The notes beneath the pieces are model-generated. The model was not told the origin of the DNA. It did no database searches and saw only the letters and a list, made by a program, of their open reading frames with translations. A DNA stretch of 64,000 nt from Chiloscyllium plagiosum (Eukaryota): contig NC_057731.1 in assembly GCF_004010195.1 (NCBI RefSeq), forward strand, positions 18,013,088 through 18,077,087, read 5' to 3'. The position numbers and the translations under genes are program-made. Positions 14,370-26,099 of this stretch are shown here, piece after piece (position 1 is the first letter of the stretch; every line of letters begins with the position of its first letter).

Positions 14370-16790
14370 GAACTTAAGAATGTAAGAAATACGAGCAGGA
14401 CAAGACTGTTCAGCTCTTCATGCCTACCCTGTCATTCAGAAAGATTATGGTTGATCTCCTCCCGGCCTCAAATCCACCATGTTTATAATCTCTTCACAGT
14501 CCTCAACTTCTCGATTGCAGAAATCCATCTACATCCTCTTTAAATACTTTAGGTGAACTAACCCCCACAACTCTTTGGTGTACAGAATATGCAGCATTCA
14601 CTACACAAATTGATTTGCATCTCAATATCAAATGAATGTCCCCTTGTTCTGTAACTATGTCCTCTGGTTTGAGATTCCCTCATTGGGGGAAGCATCTACC
14701 TTGTCAAGCTCCTTCAGAGTCTTGTATGTTTAAATATGATCACTCCTCATTCTTCTACACTCTACTGAATAAAGGCATAACATTGGGCAGCATGATGGCA
14801 CAATGGTTGGCATTACTGCTGCACAACACTGGGGACCCAGGTTCCATTTTAACCTCAGGTGACTGCACAAACTCCATATAGACTTTCTCCCTGTGTCCAT
14901 GTGGGTTTCTACTGTGTGTTCTGGTTTCCTCCCACAGTCCAAAGATGTGTAGGTTACATAGATAGGCCATGCTAAATTCCCCTGTAGTGTTCAGGGATGT
15001 GCAAGCAAGGTGGGTTGGTCATGGGAAATGTGAGGTTTTGGAAGTGGGGGAGAGGTGTGTGAGATTCTCTTCAGAGGTTGATGGAGATTTGATGGGCTGA
15101 ATGGCATCTATCTGTGCTGTAGGAATTGTATGATTCTAAACTTTCATTCCAGGAATAAGCCTTGTGAACTATTGAACTGCCTTCATTGCCAATATATCTG
15201 CTTTTATAAAGCATGGAGGCCAAATGAGTACACAGTACTCCAAATGCAGAATCACCAGCATTCTATACAGTTGTAATAAGACTTCCTTCATTTTAAACTT
15301 CAACCATTTTGAAATAAAGGTCAAAGTTCCATTTGTCTTCTTATTTGAATTTGGATACATTACACTCTTGCCCCCTCCTCCAAGTCATTAATAAATGTAG
15401 GAAATAATTCAGGCCCCAGACGTAATCCTAGTGTCATTCTCTAGTTACATGTTTCCAACTTGAAAAAGATGTATTAGTACTGACTCTGTCTCTGTATATG
15501 AACCAATCTTCAATGTTTGCAAATATATTACCACCAATACTGAGAACTCTTATCTTGTTCAATAACCTTTTATGTTGCACCTTACTGAAATCCCAATATT
15601 GTACATCTACTTTACAAATCCCAATATTGTACATCTACAATATTGTTACCCTTTATCAACTCCACTTATTATTTCTTCAATGACTTTAGTAAATTTGCCA
15701 AACATGATTTCCCTTTTCACAAAACCACGTTGACTCATTTTGATTTCTAAACATCCTGCTATTTCTTCCTTAATAAAAGACACTAACATTATCCCTGTGA
15801 CAGATGTTAGACTGCCTGGCCTTTAGTTTCTTGTTTTCTGTCCTTGTTCCTTCTTGAACAGGGTGTCACATTAACAGTTTTCCAATTTGCTGGAACAGTC
15901 TTAGAATCCAGTGAGTTCTTGAATATTTCAACCAAAGCCTCCATTTTTGCTGCCACCACTTACTTTAAAACCCTTCCATGCAGGCCAACAGGTTCTAGTG
16001 GCTTGCCTGCCTTTCATCCCATTAGCTTGTCAAATATTTATCTCTCAAAATAGAGACAGTTACAAAATATTTTTTCCCAATAGAACTTTGCTTATCTATT
16101 ATCTTTGGGGTGTTTACAGTGTCCTCCATCATAAAAACCAATACAAAACATTGCTTGATCTACAGTCATTTCTGATTTAATGCGACAATCCCAATCTCAT
16201 GTAATCTCACATTATCAGAAATTTGTGCAATAACCATGCCATTTAAGCTAATGGGGATGGAATTGCATTATGGCCAATAAAGGTACAGAAAGTTTCTGTT
16301 TTACAAATAACGATCTAAATTCTTCAATTGCATTAAAGCCAATTCATGTTAAAGAAACAGGCATTATAGCAGAACCAACTATATCTGTTATTTCGCTGGT
16401 CACTTTAATTAACTTCACAGGTACAATGCCTAAGGATTCCACACTAATTTTAGCTACGACTCATGCTTGTTGATACTCATAGAGACTCTTGATTTTGTTT
16501 TTATATTTCTTGCCAATTTACTTTCATAACCTTTTTCCTCCATTTTTAGTAGTTGGTTCCTTAAAAAAGACTCCCAATCCTCTGGTCTACCACTAGTTTT
16601 CATCTCTCTGTATGCCTTAACTTTTGATTGGATACTTGCCTTGACCACTTTTTTGGCAGCCGCAGGTTGTTCATCCTTCTCATGGAGTGTTTTTGTTTAG
16701 AATGGGCTAAATTTTTGCAGACCATCATAAAATAGCTGCATCTAATGCCATCCACTGCTAATCCATTGACTTTCCCATTGTCTCTTTTAT
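14370..16790 (-). mobile_element. degenerate CR1 LINE interrupted by a SINE
   Basis: Minus-strand peptides KEVLLQLYRMLVILHLEYCV and DFSKVQHKRLLNKIR. Confidence 0.8.
14785..15138 (+). mobile_element. HE1-like SINE (older copy)
   Basis: GGGCAGCATGATGGCACAATGGTT tRNA-like head, central GGTTTCCTCCCACAGTCCAAAGATGTG, CR1-like tail. Confidence 0.85.
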
Positions 16791-18100
16791 AGAGCAATAG
16801 AGATTCCTAGCACAGGAAAAAAAAACCCTTCAGCCCATCACTTCCATGCTGGTCAAAAACAGTCAGCTAACATTTTACTTCCATTTTCCAGCACTTGGCC
16901 CATATTCTTGTATGCCTTGGCAATGCAAGTGCTCATCTACATACTTCTTCTGAAACATTATGAGGTTTATTGCTTCTCACACCTTACTAGCAGTGAATTC
17001 CAGATTCTTACCACCTTCTGGATGAAAATGTTGTACCTCACATCTCCTCTCAACCTTCTGCCCTTTACCTTAAATCAATGCCCCGGTCATTGATTCTGCA
17101 ACCAAGGGGAAAAGATTTTTACTGTCTACTCTGTCTTTGCCCCTCATTATTTTATATATCTCAATTTCATCCACTCTGAAACTCCTCTGCTCTAAGGGAA
17201 ACAACCCTAATCTCTCAGTAACTGAAACTCTCCAGCCCAGGCAACATTCTGGTAAATCTCCTCTGCACCCTCTCTGGTGAGCTACTCTTCTGATTGCCCA
17301 GATTGTTGCTGCTTAGGGTTGGTCCTAAGATGGCCAATGGAGAGCTCTTGTTCAAAACCCTGAACCATCATTGCACACATCATCTCCCATGGTCTCTCAT
17401 AGCCACAGGGAGCTCCAACAGCTCTTGCTGCTGGCCTCTGTACAGCTGACTTTCCTGTGACTCCTGAGTACCTGCATCTGTGTCGAGTTGATCATGCCTT
17501 TGTCACAGAATGAATACAGGCACAGAAGAAGATCACTTAGCCTACTGTGTGTGTTCCTGCTCCCAGAAGGAGCAATTCACCTAGAGTCATACACTCTGTT
17601 TCCATGCTGTATGACTCTTCACTGCAACTAGTCCATACCGACAATAATCCCAAACTAAACTTGTCTCACCCGCCTGCGCCTGGCCGATATCCCTCCAAAT
17701 ATTTCTTATTCATGTACTTATCCAAATGTCTTTAATATGTTGCAACTGTACTCACATCTACCATTTCCTCTGGAAGTTCATTCCACACATGAACCACTGT
17801 GTGTAAAAAAAATGCCCCTCATATCTTCATAAATCTTTCTCCTCTCACCTTAAAAATATTTCCCTGAGTCTTGAAATCCCTCACGCTAGGGAAAAGGTAC
17901 CTGTCATTCACCTTACCTCTATCCGTCATTATTTTATAAGCCTCTGTAAGGTCACCTCTCAAGCTCCAATGCTCCAGTGAGAAAAGTCCCAGCCTATCTA
18001 GCCCCTCCCTATCACTGAAACCCTCCATTCCTGGCAACAATCAGGTAAGTCTCTTCTAAACCCTCTCCAGCTTAATAATATTCTTCCTATAACCTAGTGA
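16790..18100 (-). mobile_element. cluster of CR1 3'-end fragments
   Basis: Minus ORF 17819-18040 reads MLPGMEGFSDREGLDRLGLFSLE...LRGDL; several CR1 tails. Confidence 0.75.
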
Positions 18101-18221
18101 CACTCTTTCACTTCCTTCCTCTTATCCTGCATGTTCTTCATTTTCAAATATATCTCTTAATTTCTCTTGAATACGTTGACCCTGCCTGCACCACACTCTG
18201 AGGCAGTGGCCAACATCAGAG

Positions 18222-18328
18222 CTGGAGATCAGAAACATGAACAGAAATTGTTGGAGAAACTCAGCAGGTTTGGAGACATCTGTGGGAGAGAAAGCAGAGT
18301 TAAGATTTCAAGTTCAGTCATCTTTCCT
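18222..18328 (-). mobile_element. decayed PLE pLTR (family B-like)
   Basis: GGAGAAACTCAGCAGGTTTGG...CATCTGTGG...AGAGTTAAGATTTCAAGT; breaks off within the hammerhead remnant. Confidence 0.55.
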
Positions 18329-18550
18329 CACTTGTTGTAAGAATAATCTATTCCTCCTGTTGTCAATTTTTTTTTGCTTTATCTCAGATCTATGCCTTTT
18401 GTTTCTCAATTATTTCAACAATAGAACCAATTTGTCCCACTTCATTCATCCAGACTTCTCATGATTTTGAACATGCCAATCAAACCTCCTCTCCACGTTT
18501 CTTCTCCAAGGAGAACAGTTCTAGTTTCTCCAATCTATCTGCATAACTGA

Positions 18551-18866
18551 CATGATTTGGAGATGCCGGTGTTGGACTTGGGTGTACAAAGTTAACAATC
18601 ACACAACACCAGATTATAGTCCAACAGGTTTAATTGGAAGCACACTAGCTTTCGGAGCGACGCTCCTTCATCAGGTGATAGTGGAAGGCTCGATCGTAAC
18701 ACAGAATTTATAGCAAAACTTTACAGTGTGATGTAAATTTTTGCTATAAATTCTGTGTTACGATCAAGCCCTCCACTATCACCTGATGAAGGAGCGTTGC
18801 TCCGAAAGCTAGTGCTTCCAATTAAACCTGTTGGACTATAACGTGGTGTTGTGTGATTTTTAACTT
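18551..18866. mobile_element. fold-back PLE insertion (family C) with two opposed hammerhead motifs
   Basis: Inverted arms of about 135 bp around a centre near 18728; TSD TGCATAACTGA at 18540-18550 and 18867-18877. Confidence 0.9.
18783..18811 (+). ncRNA. minimal type I hammerhead ribozyme motif (mirror copy at 18646-18674, minus)
   Basis: CAC-CTGATGA-A-GGAGC GTT GCTCC-GAAAGCTA-GTG: core, 5-bp helix II, palindromic AGCT helix III, CUA triplet, 3-bp helix I. Confidence 0.8.
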
Positions 18867-19724
18867 TGCATAACTGAAGTTCCTTATCCCTGACGCCATT
18901 GTCATGAATGTTATCTGCATCATCAGTAAGGCCTTCATATCATTCATAGAGTCATAGAGATTTTACAACATGGAAAAGGCCCTTTAGCCCATCATTTCCA
19001 CTCTGGTCATTAAACATCCATTTATTTGAATCTCATTTTCAATCACTGGGCTGGAACCTTTTATGTTATAGCATTTTTCAGTGTTCATCTCATTAATGTA
19101 GTTCCCAGAACCGTTATATTTTATGCATGTTAAACACAACTTCCTTGCTTTTATAATATGTGTTGCTAATGATAAAGCCCAGGATAATGTATACTTTATT
19201 AACCGTACTCTCAATCTGTTCTGCCACCTTCATTGATTTATACACATATACATCCAGGTTCCTCAGCTCCTGTACTTCCTTTAGGATTGTATATTTTGTT
19301 TCATATTGTCTCTTTGCATTGTTCCCACCAAAATGAAGAAATCACTCCACACTCCCCAGCCTCTACATTATGGGTTTATAAGCAATTCATCACCAGCTAC
19401 TTGAGGGCATTTAAAGATGGGCAATAAATATTAACTTAGGTAGTGATGCCCAAATCCCATGAATGAATGTGAAAAAACCCTCTGCCTTATCAATTGTAAA
19501 CCCCTCAATTGTCTAAAGAATCTCCATCTTCACCATAATCTGTGTCGTACCTTTTGTCTTGGTGAAGGCAGATGCAAGCTATTCAATTAGTTGTCTCAGC
19601 CATGCTTTTGGCCCCATATATAAAATTTCCTTTTCAAGCCTAATCAGCGTCACTCCCTTCATTTTTTTATAGAAGACTTTAAAGTGCCCTTTATGTTAAC
19701 TGCCAGTTTATTCTCATATTCTCA

Positions 19725-20130
19725 TAGATTCGTAGAGTCATAGAGATGTATAGCATGGAAACAGACCCCTCGGTCCAACCCATCCATGCCGACCAGATAT
19801 CCCAACCCGATCTAGTCCCACCTGCCAGCACCCGGCCCATATCCCTCCAAACTCTTTCTATTCATATACCCATCCAAATGCCACTTAAATGTTGCAATTG
19901 TACCAGCCTCCACCACTTCCTCTGGCACCTCATTCCATACACGTACCACTCTCTGTATGAAAAAGTTGACCCTTAGGTCTCTTTTATATCTTTCCCCTCT
20001 TACCTTAACCCTATGCCCTCTAGTTGTGGACTCCCTGTTGTAATCTGAGGTAACCCTCTTCGCTGTCCACTACACCTCCAACTTTGGTGTCATCTACAAA
20101 CTTACTAACTGTATCTCTTATACTTGCATC
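19725..20130 (-). mobile_element. young CR1 3' end within an older minus-strand CR1 (about 19480-21200)
   Basis: TAGAGTCATAGAGATGTATAGCATGGAAACAGACCC terminus; flanks show decayed CR1 endonuclease-region similarity. Confidence 0.8.
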
Positions 20131-20799
20131 CAAATCGTTTATTCTCTTTTTATTCTGTTACCTGCCTTTTCAATCTTCTTGGAATTTTGTAATCAGGCTG
20201 GCTATTGGTTGTTTTCTCCACCTGACATCTGTCCGACGTTTACTTTTTCATATTCATCTTCAGCTTAATTTTAATCTAAAGGTGTGGTTCTTTGTTCGCC
20301 CAACCTGTTCCCTCCATGGGTGTTTACCTTGACTGTGCCCAAACAATCTCTTCAGCGACAGTTTTGATTCCATTTTATCCGGATCAGATTCATACAGCAT
20401 TGAAATTGGCTAACGCACTTATTATTGCACCAGATTGTTCCTTGCCAATTTTTATCTTAAACCTTATTATAAAATTATCACCATTTTCAAAATGTTCCTG
20501 TACTGATATGTGTGACAACTTGACATACCTGATTCACAAGGGCAAAGTCTGGCAATGCCTCTTCTCCCATTGGACTGGGAACTTACTGCCGTTGAAAACA
20601 CCTCTCAGCACACGCTGGGAACTCTTGATTGTTGTTTACACTATTATCCAAGTCTATATTTAGATAGTTAAAGTCCCCTATTATAAATATTCCATATCGT
20701 GCACATCTCTGTGATTTCCTTGCTAGTTTGTTCTACTTCTTTCCCACTATTTGGTAACCTAAAGACCTCACTGACCAATGTAGTTGCTCCTTTTTTGTT

Positions 20800-21045
20800 A
20801 AAAAATAAAAGCAAATTGCAGCGGATGCTGGAATCTGAAACCAAAAAAGAAAATGGTGGAAAATCCCAGCAGGTCTGGCAGCATCTGAAAGGAGAGAAAA
20901 GAGCTGACGTTTCAAGTCTAACTGACCCTTTGTCAAAAAAAACTTTTTTTTTGACAAAGGGTCAGTTAGACTCGAAACGTGAGCTCTTTTCTCTCCTTAC
21001 AGATGCTGCCAGACCTGCTGAGATTTTCCAGCATTTTCTCTTTTG
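20800..21045. mobile_element. fold-back PLE insertion (family B variant) with U3-A8 hammerhead cores
   Basis: Inverted arms of about 100 bp centred on an A-run/C/T-run at 20943; TSD GCTCCTTTTTTGTT at 20786-20799 and 21046-21059. Confidence 0.9.
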
Positions 21046-21221
21046 GCTCCTTTTTTGTTGTTGCATACTTCTGGATCCTGAGCTTGGATGCTCTGGGAAA
21101 TCTGCTGTCTCCTTTTGTTCTCTGAAGCAACAATTTCTCCATTTTTCTTTCCTTCCCCATCTTCCCTGAAAACTTTATACTCCAGGAATATTTATTGCAC
21201 AATCCTGAAACTTGTTGGGAT

Positions 21222-21895
21222 TATAGAGTCATACAGCATAGAAAGAGACCCTTCCATCCAACTCATCCACACCAACCAGACATCCCAATCCGATCTGGAC
21301 TCATTTGCCAGTATTTGGCCCATATCCCTCTAAATCCTTCCTATTCATGTACCCGTCCAGGTGCCTTTTAAATTATACCAGTCTCCACCACTTCCCCTTG
21401 CAGGTTATTCCGAACATGCACCACCCTCTGTGGGAAAAGTTATCCCTCAGGTGGCTTTTGTAAATCTTACCCCTCTCACTGTAAACCTATGTGGTCTAGT
21501 TTTGCACTTCCCCAGCCTAGAAAAAAGGCCATTCACCTTGTCTATGATCCTCATGTTTTTATAAACTGCTAAGGATCACCCCTTAGCCTCTAACACTCCA
21601 AGGGATAAATAGCCCCAGCTTATTCAGCCTCTCCTTAGAGCTCAAACCCTCCAGATCCGGCAATATTCTTGTGAATCTTTTCTGCACCCTCTCAAGTTTA
21701 ACAACACCCTTTGTAGAGAAAGGTGACCAGAATTTGTGTACGCAATATTATAAAAACGGCCTCACAAATGTCATGTACAACCACAAAATGGCATCCTAAC
21801 TCCTATTTTCAATATTCTTTCCAATGAAGGCATTCATACCAAATGCCTTCTTCACCACCCTGTGTCTACCTGTGACTCCACTTTCAAGGAACTAC
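21222..21895 (-). mobile_element. CR1 LINE 3' portion
   Basis: ATAGAGTCATACAGCAT terminus; the minus strand matches CR1 ORF2 C-terminal sequence (LKVESQVD). Confidence 0.8.
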
Positions 21896-22656
21896 TAGAT
21901 GAAAAGGCTTGAGAGGAGGCCAGTATGGAGTGTAAATGTTTATATAGATGCATTGTGTCAAAACAAACTGTTTCTTTAAAGGTGTTGAAATTTTGTAACT
22001 TAATAAATTTATCAAAAGTCAAACATACATGTTCAAAAATGCAAATTGGAATGTCTAGTGACAAATTCATTCAACAGTCAGTCTAAATAATTTAATTTCA
22101 ACATCATGGAAAGATAGAGAAGCAGTTTTATGTGATATTATTGATTTTGTCTCTCTCTTGATAATGCTTTTCATATCGGTGTCATAGTTTGAAACATCAA
22201 AGTCTCTAGCATTTTATTATATAATGATGCCACAATTGTGACATAGCTCATGGAGAAAGCAGGCAGCACAGCTTGCTAATCTTCAGTGTATCGTTGATAT
22301 TGCTCATGCTTTATGAGACAACAGAATCAGATTCATCACAAGTAATATTACTCACATCAGTTTCTCACATCAGTTGAAACATCTGAACTGTGTCCTTTAG
22401 GATGAAAGGTAGAACACTTCCTTTTAGTTTTAAGATAAGAGTTGTGTTTCATAGTTGTTTCAACGATCAGTTATCGATACACACAAAGTCATTACTGAGC
22501 ACAAAAACTCCTGGATCCAAATAGTGAACTCAATGTTTCTCCATTTGTTGTTTTTGGAGAAGAATGTAACACTATTTCATTCACAAAGATTGTCTGAGTT
22601 AAAATTATATAACTGAATTACTTGCAGCTCTTACTTTTGACCTTTTTGTATTACAG

Positions 22657-22756
22657 AGGTAAAGAGATTGGCCATGATGTGGACTTTTTGATAAGCTGCC
22701 CAGAAAACTTGGATGAAAACTTTCTTTGTAAGATAATCAATAAGCTGGACATTCAG
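22657..22756 (+). CDS. DNTT: DNTT/TdT internal coding exon (equivalent to human exon 8)
   Basis: Pyrimidine tract and ttacag acceptor, CAG|gtagat donor. After one phase nucleotide it translates GKEIGHDVDFLISCPENLDENFLCKIINKLDIQ, containing the Pol X catalytic GHDVD motif. Joins the next exon in phase 0. Too short for the ORF track. Confidence 0.96.
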
Positions 22757-24647
22757 GTAGATATCAACGCTGCTAAATTACAGTGACTTAGCAATAAGCA
22801 ACTTAATTTATGTTATCCTCTGTATGTCATTTATTTTATGCTAATAGCAACATCTAATGGAAAAACAAGAACCGCCACAAGTTAAAAATTAGCCAAAAAT
22901 CAGCCAATGCATCAGGAACATTTGCTCACTAGATTCAAGACAGAGCAGATTTATAATTGCAATTATATAAAGAATAAAAGTTAATTAGTTTTGAGATTCA
23001 ACCTTGGAATCTAATTAGAAAAGGAAAGAATTATATTAGCTCTGATTTTAACTCCAGGCTGGTTCTGGGTCAGTGGTGAGTAACATGACTTCAATAAAGA
23101 TTTTACCTTCTGGTACAGAAAACAGACTTGAGCATTTTACCTCCTAGGCTTTTTCTATGTGCAGTTTCCCCACTCAATTCACAGGGAAATAAATTGAATG
23201 TCATCATGGCACAGTCAAAGGTCGAAAAAATGTGAAAAGATCTTGGGCCACAACATCATTACACAATGTGGACATCAACATTGCACCAGCTTTGCTGAAG
23301 CTACTGAAGACATGCCTTAGAAATGTAGTAGGATTGGTAAAAATACTTTGCAAGTTAAGCGTGGTAAGTGCAATCTAATGCCCTGTGTCAAGGTGTGTTG
23401 GTAGAGGGGAAGCATTGTGATTGACTGGGAGATCCCAGTGCCTTCATCCTGTTAAGTCAGGGTCAGGGAGACTTTCAGACTACCTTCCCACTCAGTGGTA
23501 CACCACCTTAAGTGCTTTGTTTAACTAGTGATGGTAGAGGGCTCATTGTCCAAGGAGGCTAGCCAACAAACCCTGTTTAGTTATCTCGTGGCCTTTTAGG
23601 GTCATGTGTTTGCTTGTGGGATTTGACATCAGAAAGGGGAAGTCCATGGGATGCCACCCTCTTTGTCCTTAATGTTGACACCCTTCTGTCCTCACTGGCA
23701 CAGCCACCACCTTTCAATACCTGTCCTGCCCATATTCACTTCAATCTCATTACTGATCCTTTGCATTGGAAATACGAAATAATGAAATATCAACAGTTCC
23801 CCACACTCATGGTGCTGCATAACTGCCAGTATCTCCTTAAACATAGAAATGGGAGCAAGGGGAGGCCATTTGGCCCTTTCACCCTGCTCTGCAATTCAAT
23901 ATGATCATGGTTAATCGCCTAACTCAGTACCCTGTTCCTGCTTTCTCCCCATACCATTTAAATCCATTTAACCTTTAATGTAGTAAAATAAAGGAATGGG
24001 TGAATGTACCCTAATCAGTTTGTAGTAACCCTTTTTAACTTAAGTTTGTTGCACAGTGAGATAGGGAGCAAGAGTCAGGGAAAGGTCCAACACAACTTTA
24101 TTGAACATTTTATCAAGATAAAACAATATTTATGAGACTGTACTGTTGTACTTTAATTAAATGCTACCAAACTCGATCAATCTCTTCATGGGGCTCCTCA
24201 AGAAACAGTCTTAAATCTCTAAGTAAACAGTCTCAAATCTGCATTAGCTATCTAATTCTGACATACGTTTCCAAGGATTTACTATACCCTATCCACAGGT
24301 GCCTACCACTGTATTTGAGCTGTTTGTCTAAAAGGACTGCTAATACTCATTCAATAAGGCTGGGACAAGGTTGAGCGATGTTTCAGGATCTGCAGTTGTT
24401 GATTTAGACCTCCCCTCTCCTCAAGGGCTGATTGTGGTCACAACATGTTGGCCTCTCCATTGAAGAAGGTGCAAAAAACAAAAGCTGCCCCTTTATCCTC
24501 TCAAAGAAACTATGGCCCATGTCCAATACTAGCATTGAGTGGGGCAGCTAGACCCAATGAGGTAACTACTTTAATATTTGGAGGTTGCAGAACATGGTTT
24601 TGATCCTTCAACTGTTGAGTACTGTCCTTGCCACACTATTCCTCTGG

Positions 24648-24858
24648 GAGAAAGTGAGGACTGCAGATGCTGGAGATCAGAGCTGAAAATGTGTTGCTGG
24701 AAAAGCGCAGCAGGTCAGGCAGCATCCAAGGAACAGGAGAATCGACGTTTCGGACATAAGCCCTTCCTCATTCCTGAAGAAGGGCTTGTGCCCGAAACGT
24801 CGATTCTCCTGTTCCTTGGATGCTGCCTGACCTGCGCTTTTCCAGCAACACATTTTCA
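24648..24858. mobile_element. fold-back PLE insertion (family A)
   Basis: Inverted arms of about 87 bp centred near 24770; TSD ACACTATTCCTCTGG at 24633-24647 and 24859-24873. Confidence 0.9.
24774..24801 (+). ncRNA. minimal hammerhead ribozyme motif
   Basis: CTGAAGA-A-GGGC TTGT GCCC-GAAACGTC; palindromic ACGT, GUC triplet; helix I is weak. Confidence 0.72.
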
Positions 24859-26099
24859 ACACTATTCCTCTGGCCTTCCTACTGAGCTGGGTGCCACCAG
24901 GTCTGTGTAGCATTCTTCTAACAGCGCAGGTTGACTGGATGTGGAAATACAGCTTGTTCTGAAACAATGTGGCTGTTAGCTCCTGGTCAGGCTGATTGGG
25001 CCTGCCTGGTTTCCATGGGAGTTGATTGTTCAAGGCTTAGCTGCATGAACACTCTGTTCCAACTCTGCAGCTTGCAAATAAGTTGAAACTTGGCTTCCAC
25101 ATTTTGAGTTCTTTTATCCATGCTCACGACACAGTATCAATATTTCTTTAACAATCCTGGAGATCATGGGTCACCTGACCATAGTAAGAACTTTAGATAT
25201 TTTCATACCAGCCTGTCTAGACATGTAAGTACACACATCCAGAGCAGGTGGAACTTCAATCTGAGACTCCTCGCTCAAAGGTCGAGACGTTACCACAACA
25301 CCACAAGAGCAATGCCCTAACAACTAAAATTAATCATATTTAATGAGCAGCAGGTCATACTGAGTGGAGATTTTCACCTTGCCAGGGCCTGAATTCAATG
25401 GGAGGACTAATGTTACCGTCCAGGTGAATATTTGTTACCTTGGATTGTCCTGGGCCACCCCTGGAAAGAGAAAAATCCCACTGGATTTTTCACTGGTTTA
25501 AGGCTACAATCACCAGCCCTATTATCTGCTCTGATCACTTAATGACAGATTCCACACAATTCTGGGGCTAAATTCATTAACTCTGAAAACGGGTGTCAGG
25601 AGCACAATGAGAAGTTCACCTTAAAATGATGTTAGCAATGAAGGAGGTAAACCAGTTTTGTGTAGTTTTCTGCTGATTTGAATGATTTCAGTGTCTAGTC
25701 AATGTAAGCCACAACACCACAAGTTGAATGGCTGAACATATCATCTGTGGCCTGTGAAATTGGTGAACATGACAATATCCACTTTACCAATGGTCAGGCA
25801 TCAGTCAGACACGAATGGTGTGGAAATTTCCCCTGCACAGCTGAGCTGGACCTCCTCTGGTGCCTTGATGATAACTGCAAGCCACATACCGTCCTAACTT
25901 TGAGATATATTGCCATTCCTTTAGTATTGTTGGGTCAAATTCCCGGAACTCCCTCCACATGGTCTCGTAGTTTAACTTGCACCAAGTGGACTACAGTGGT
26001 TCAAAGGGGCAGCTCACCACCACTTTCTCAACTCGGGGTCGATAATAAATCCTGGCCCAACCAGCGAGGCCCATCCATTGAAGGAATAAAAAGTAACAG

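Noticed and set aside
24585-24645. Minus-strand resemblance to the 3' half of an initiator tRNA-Met
   Set aside because: Too degenerate, with no complete cloverleaf; at most an old tRNA-derived fragment.
24578-25033. ORFs with repeated peptides such as MCCWKSAAGQAASKEQENRRF on both strands (also at 6-191, 37611, 50938)
   Set aside because: Translations of the non-coding pLTR repeat, not genes.
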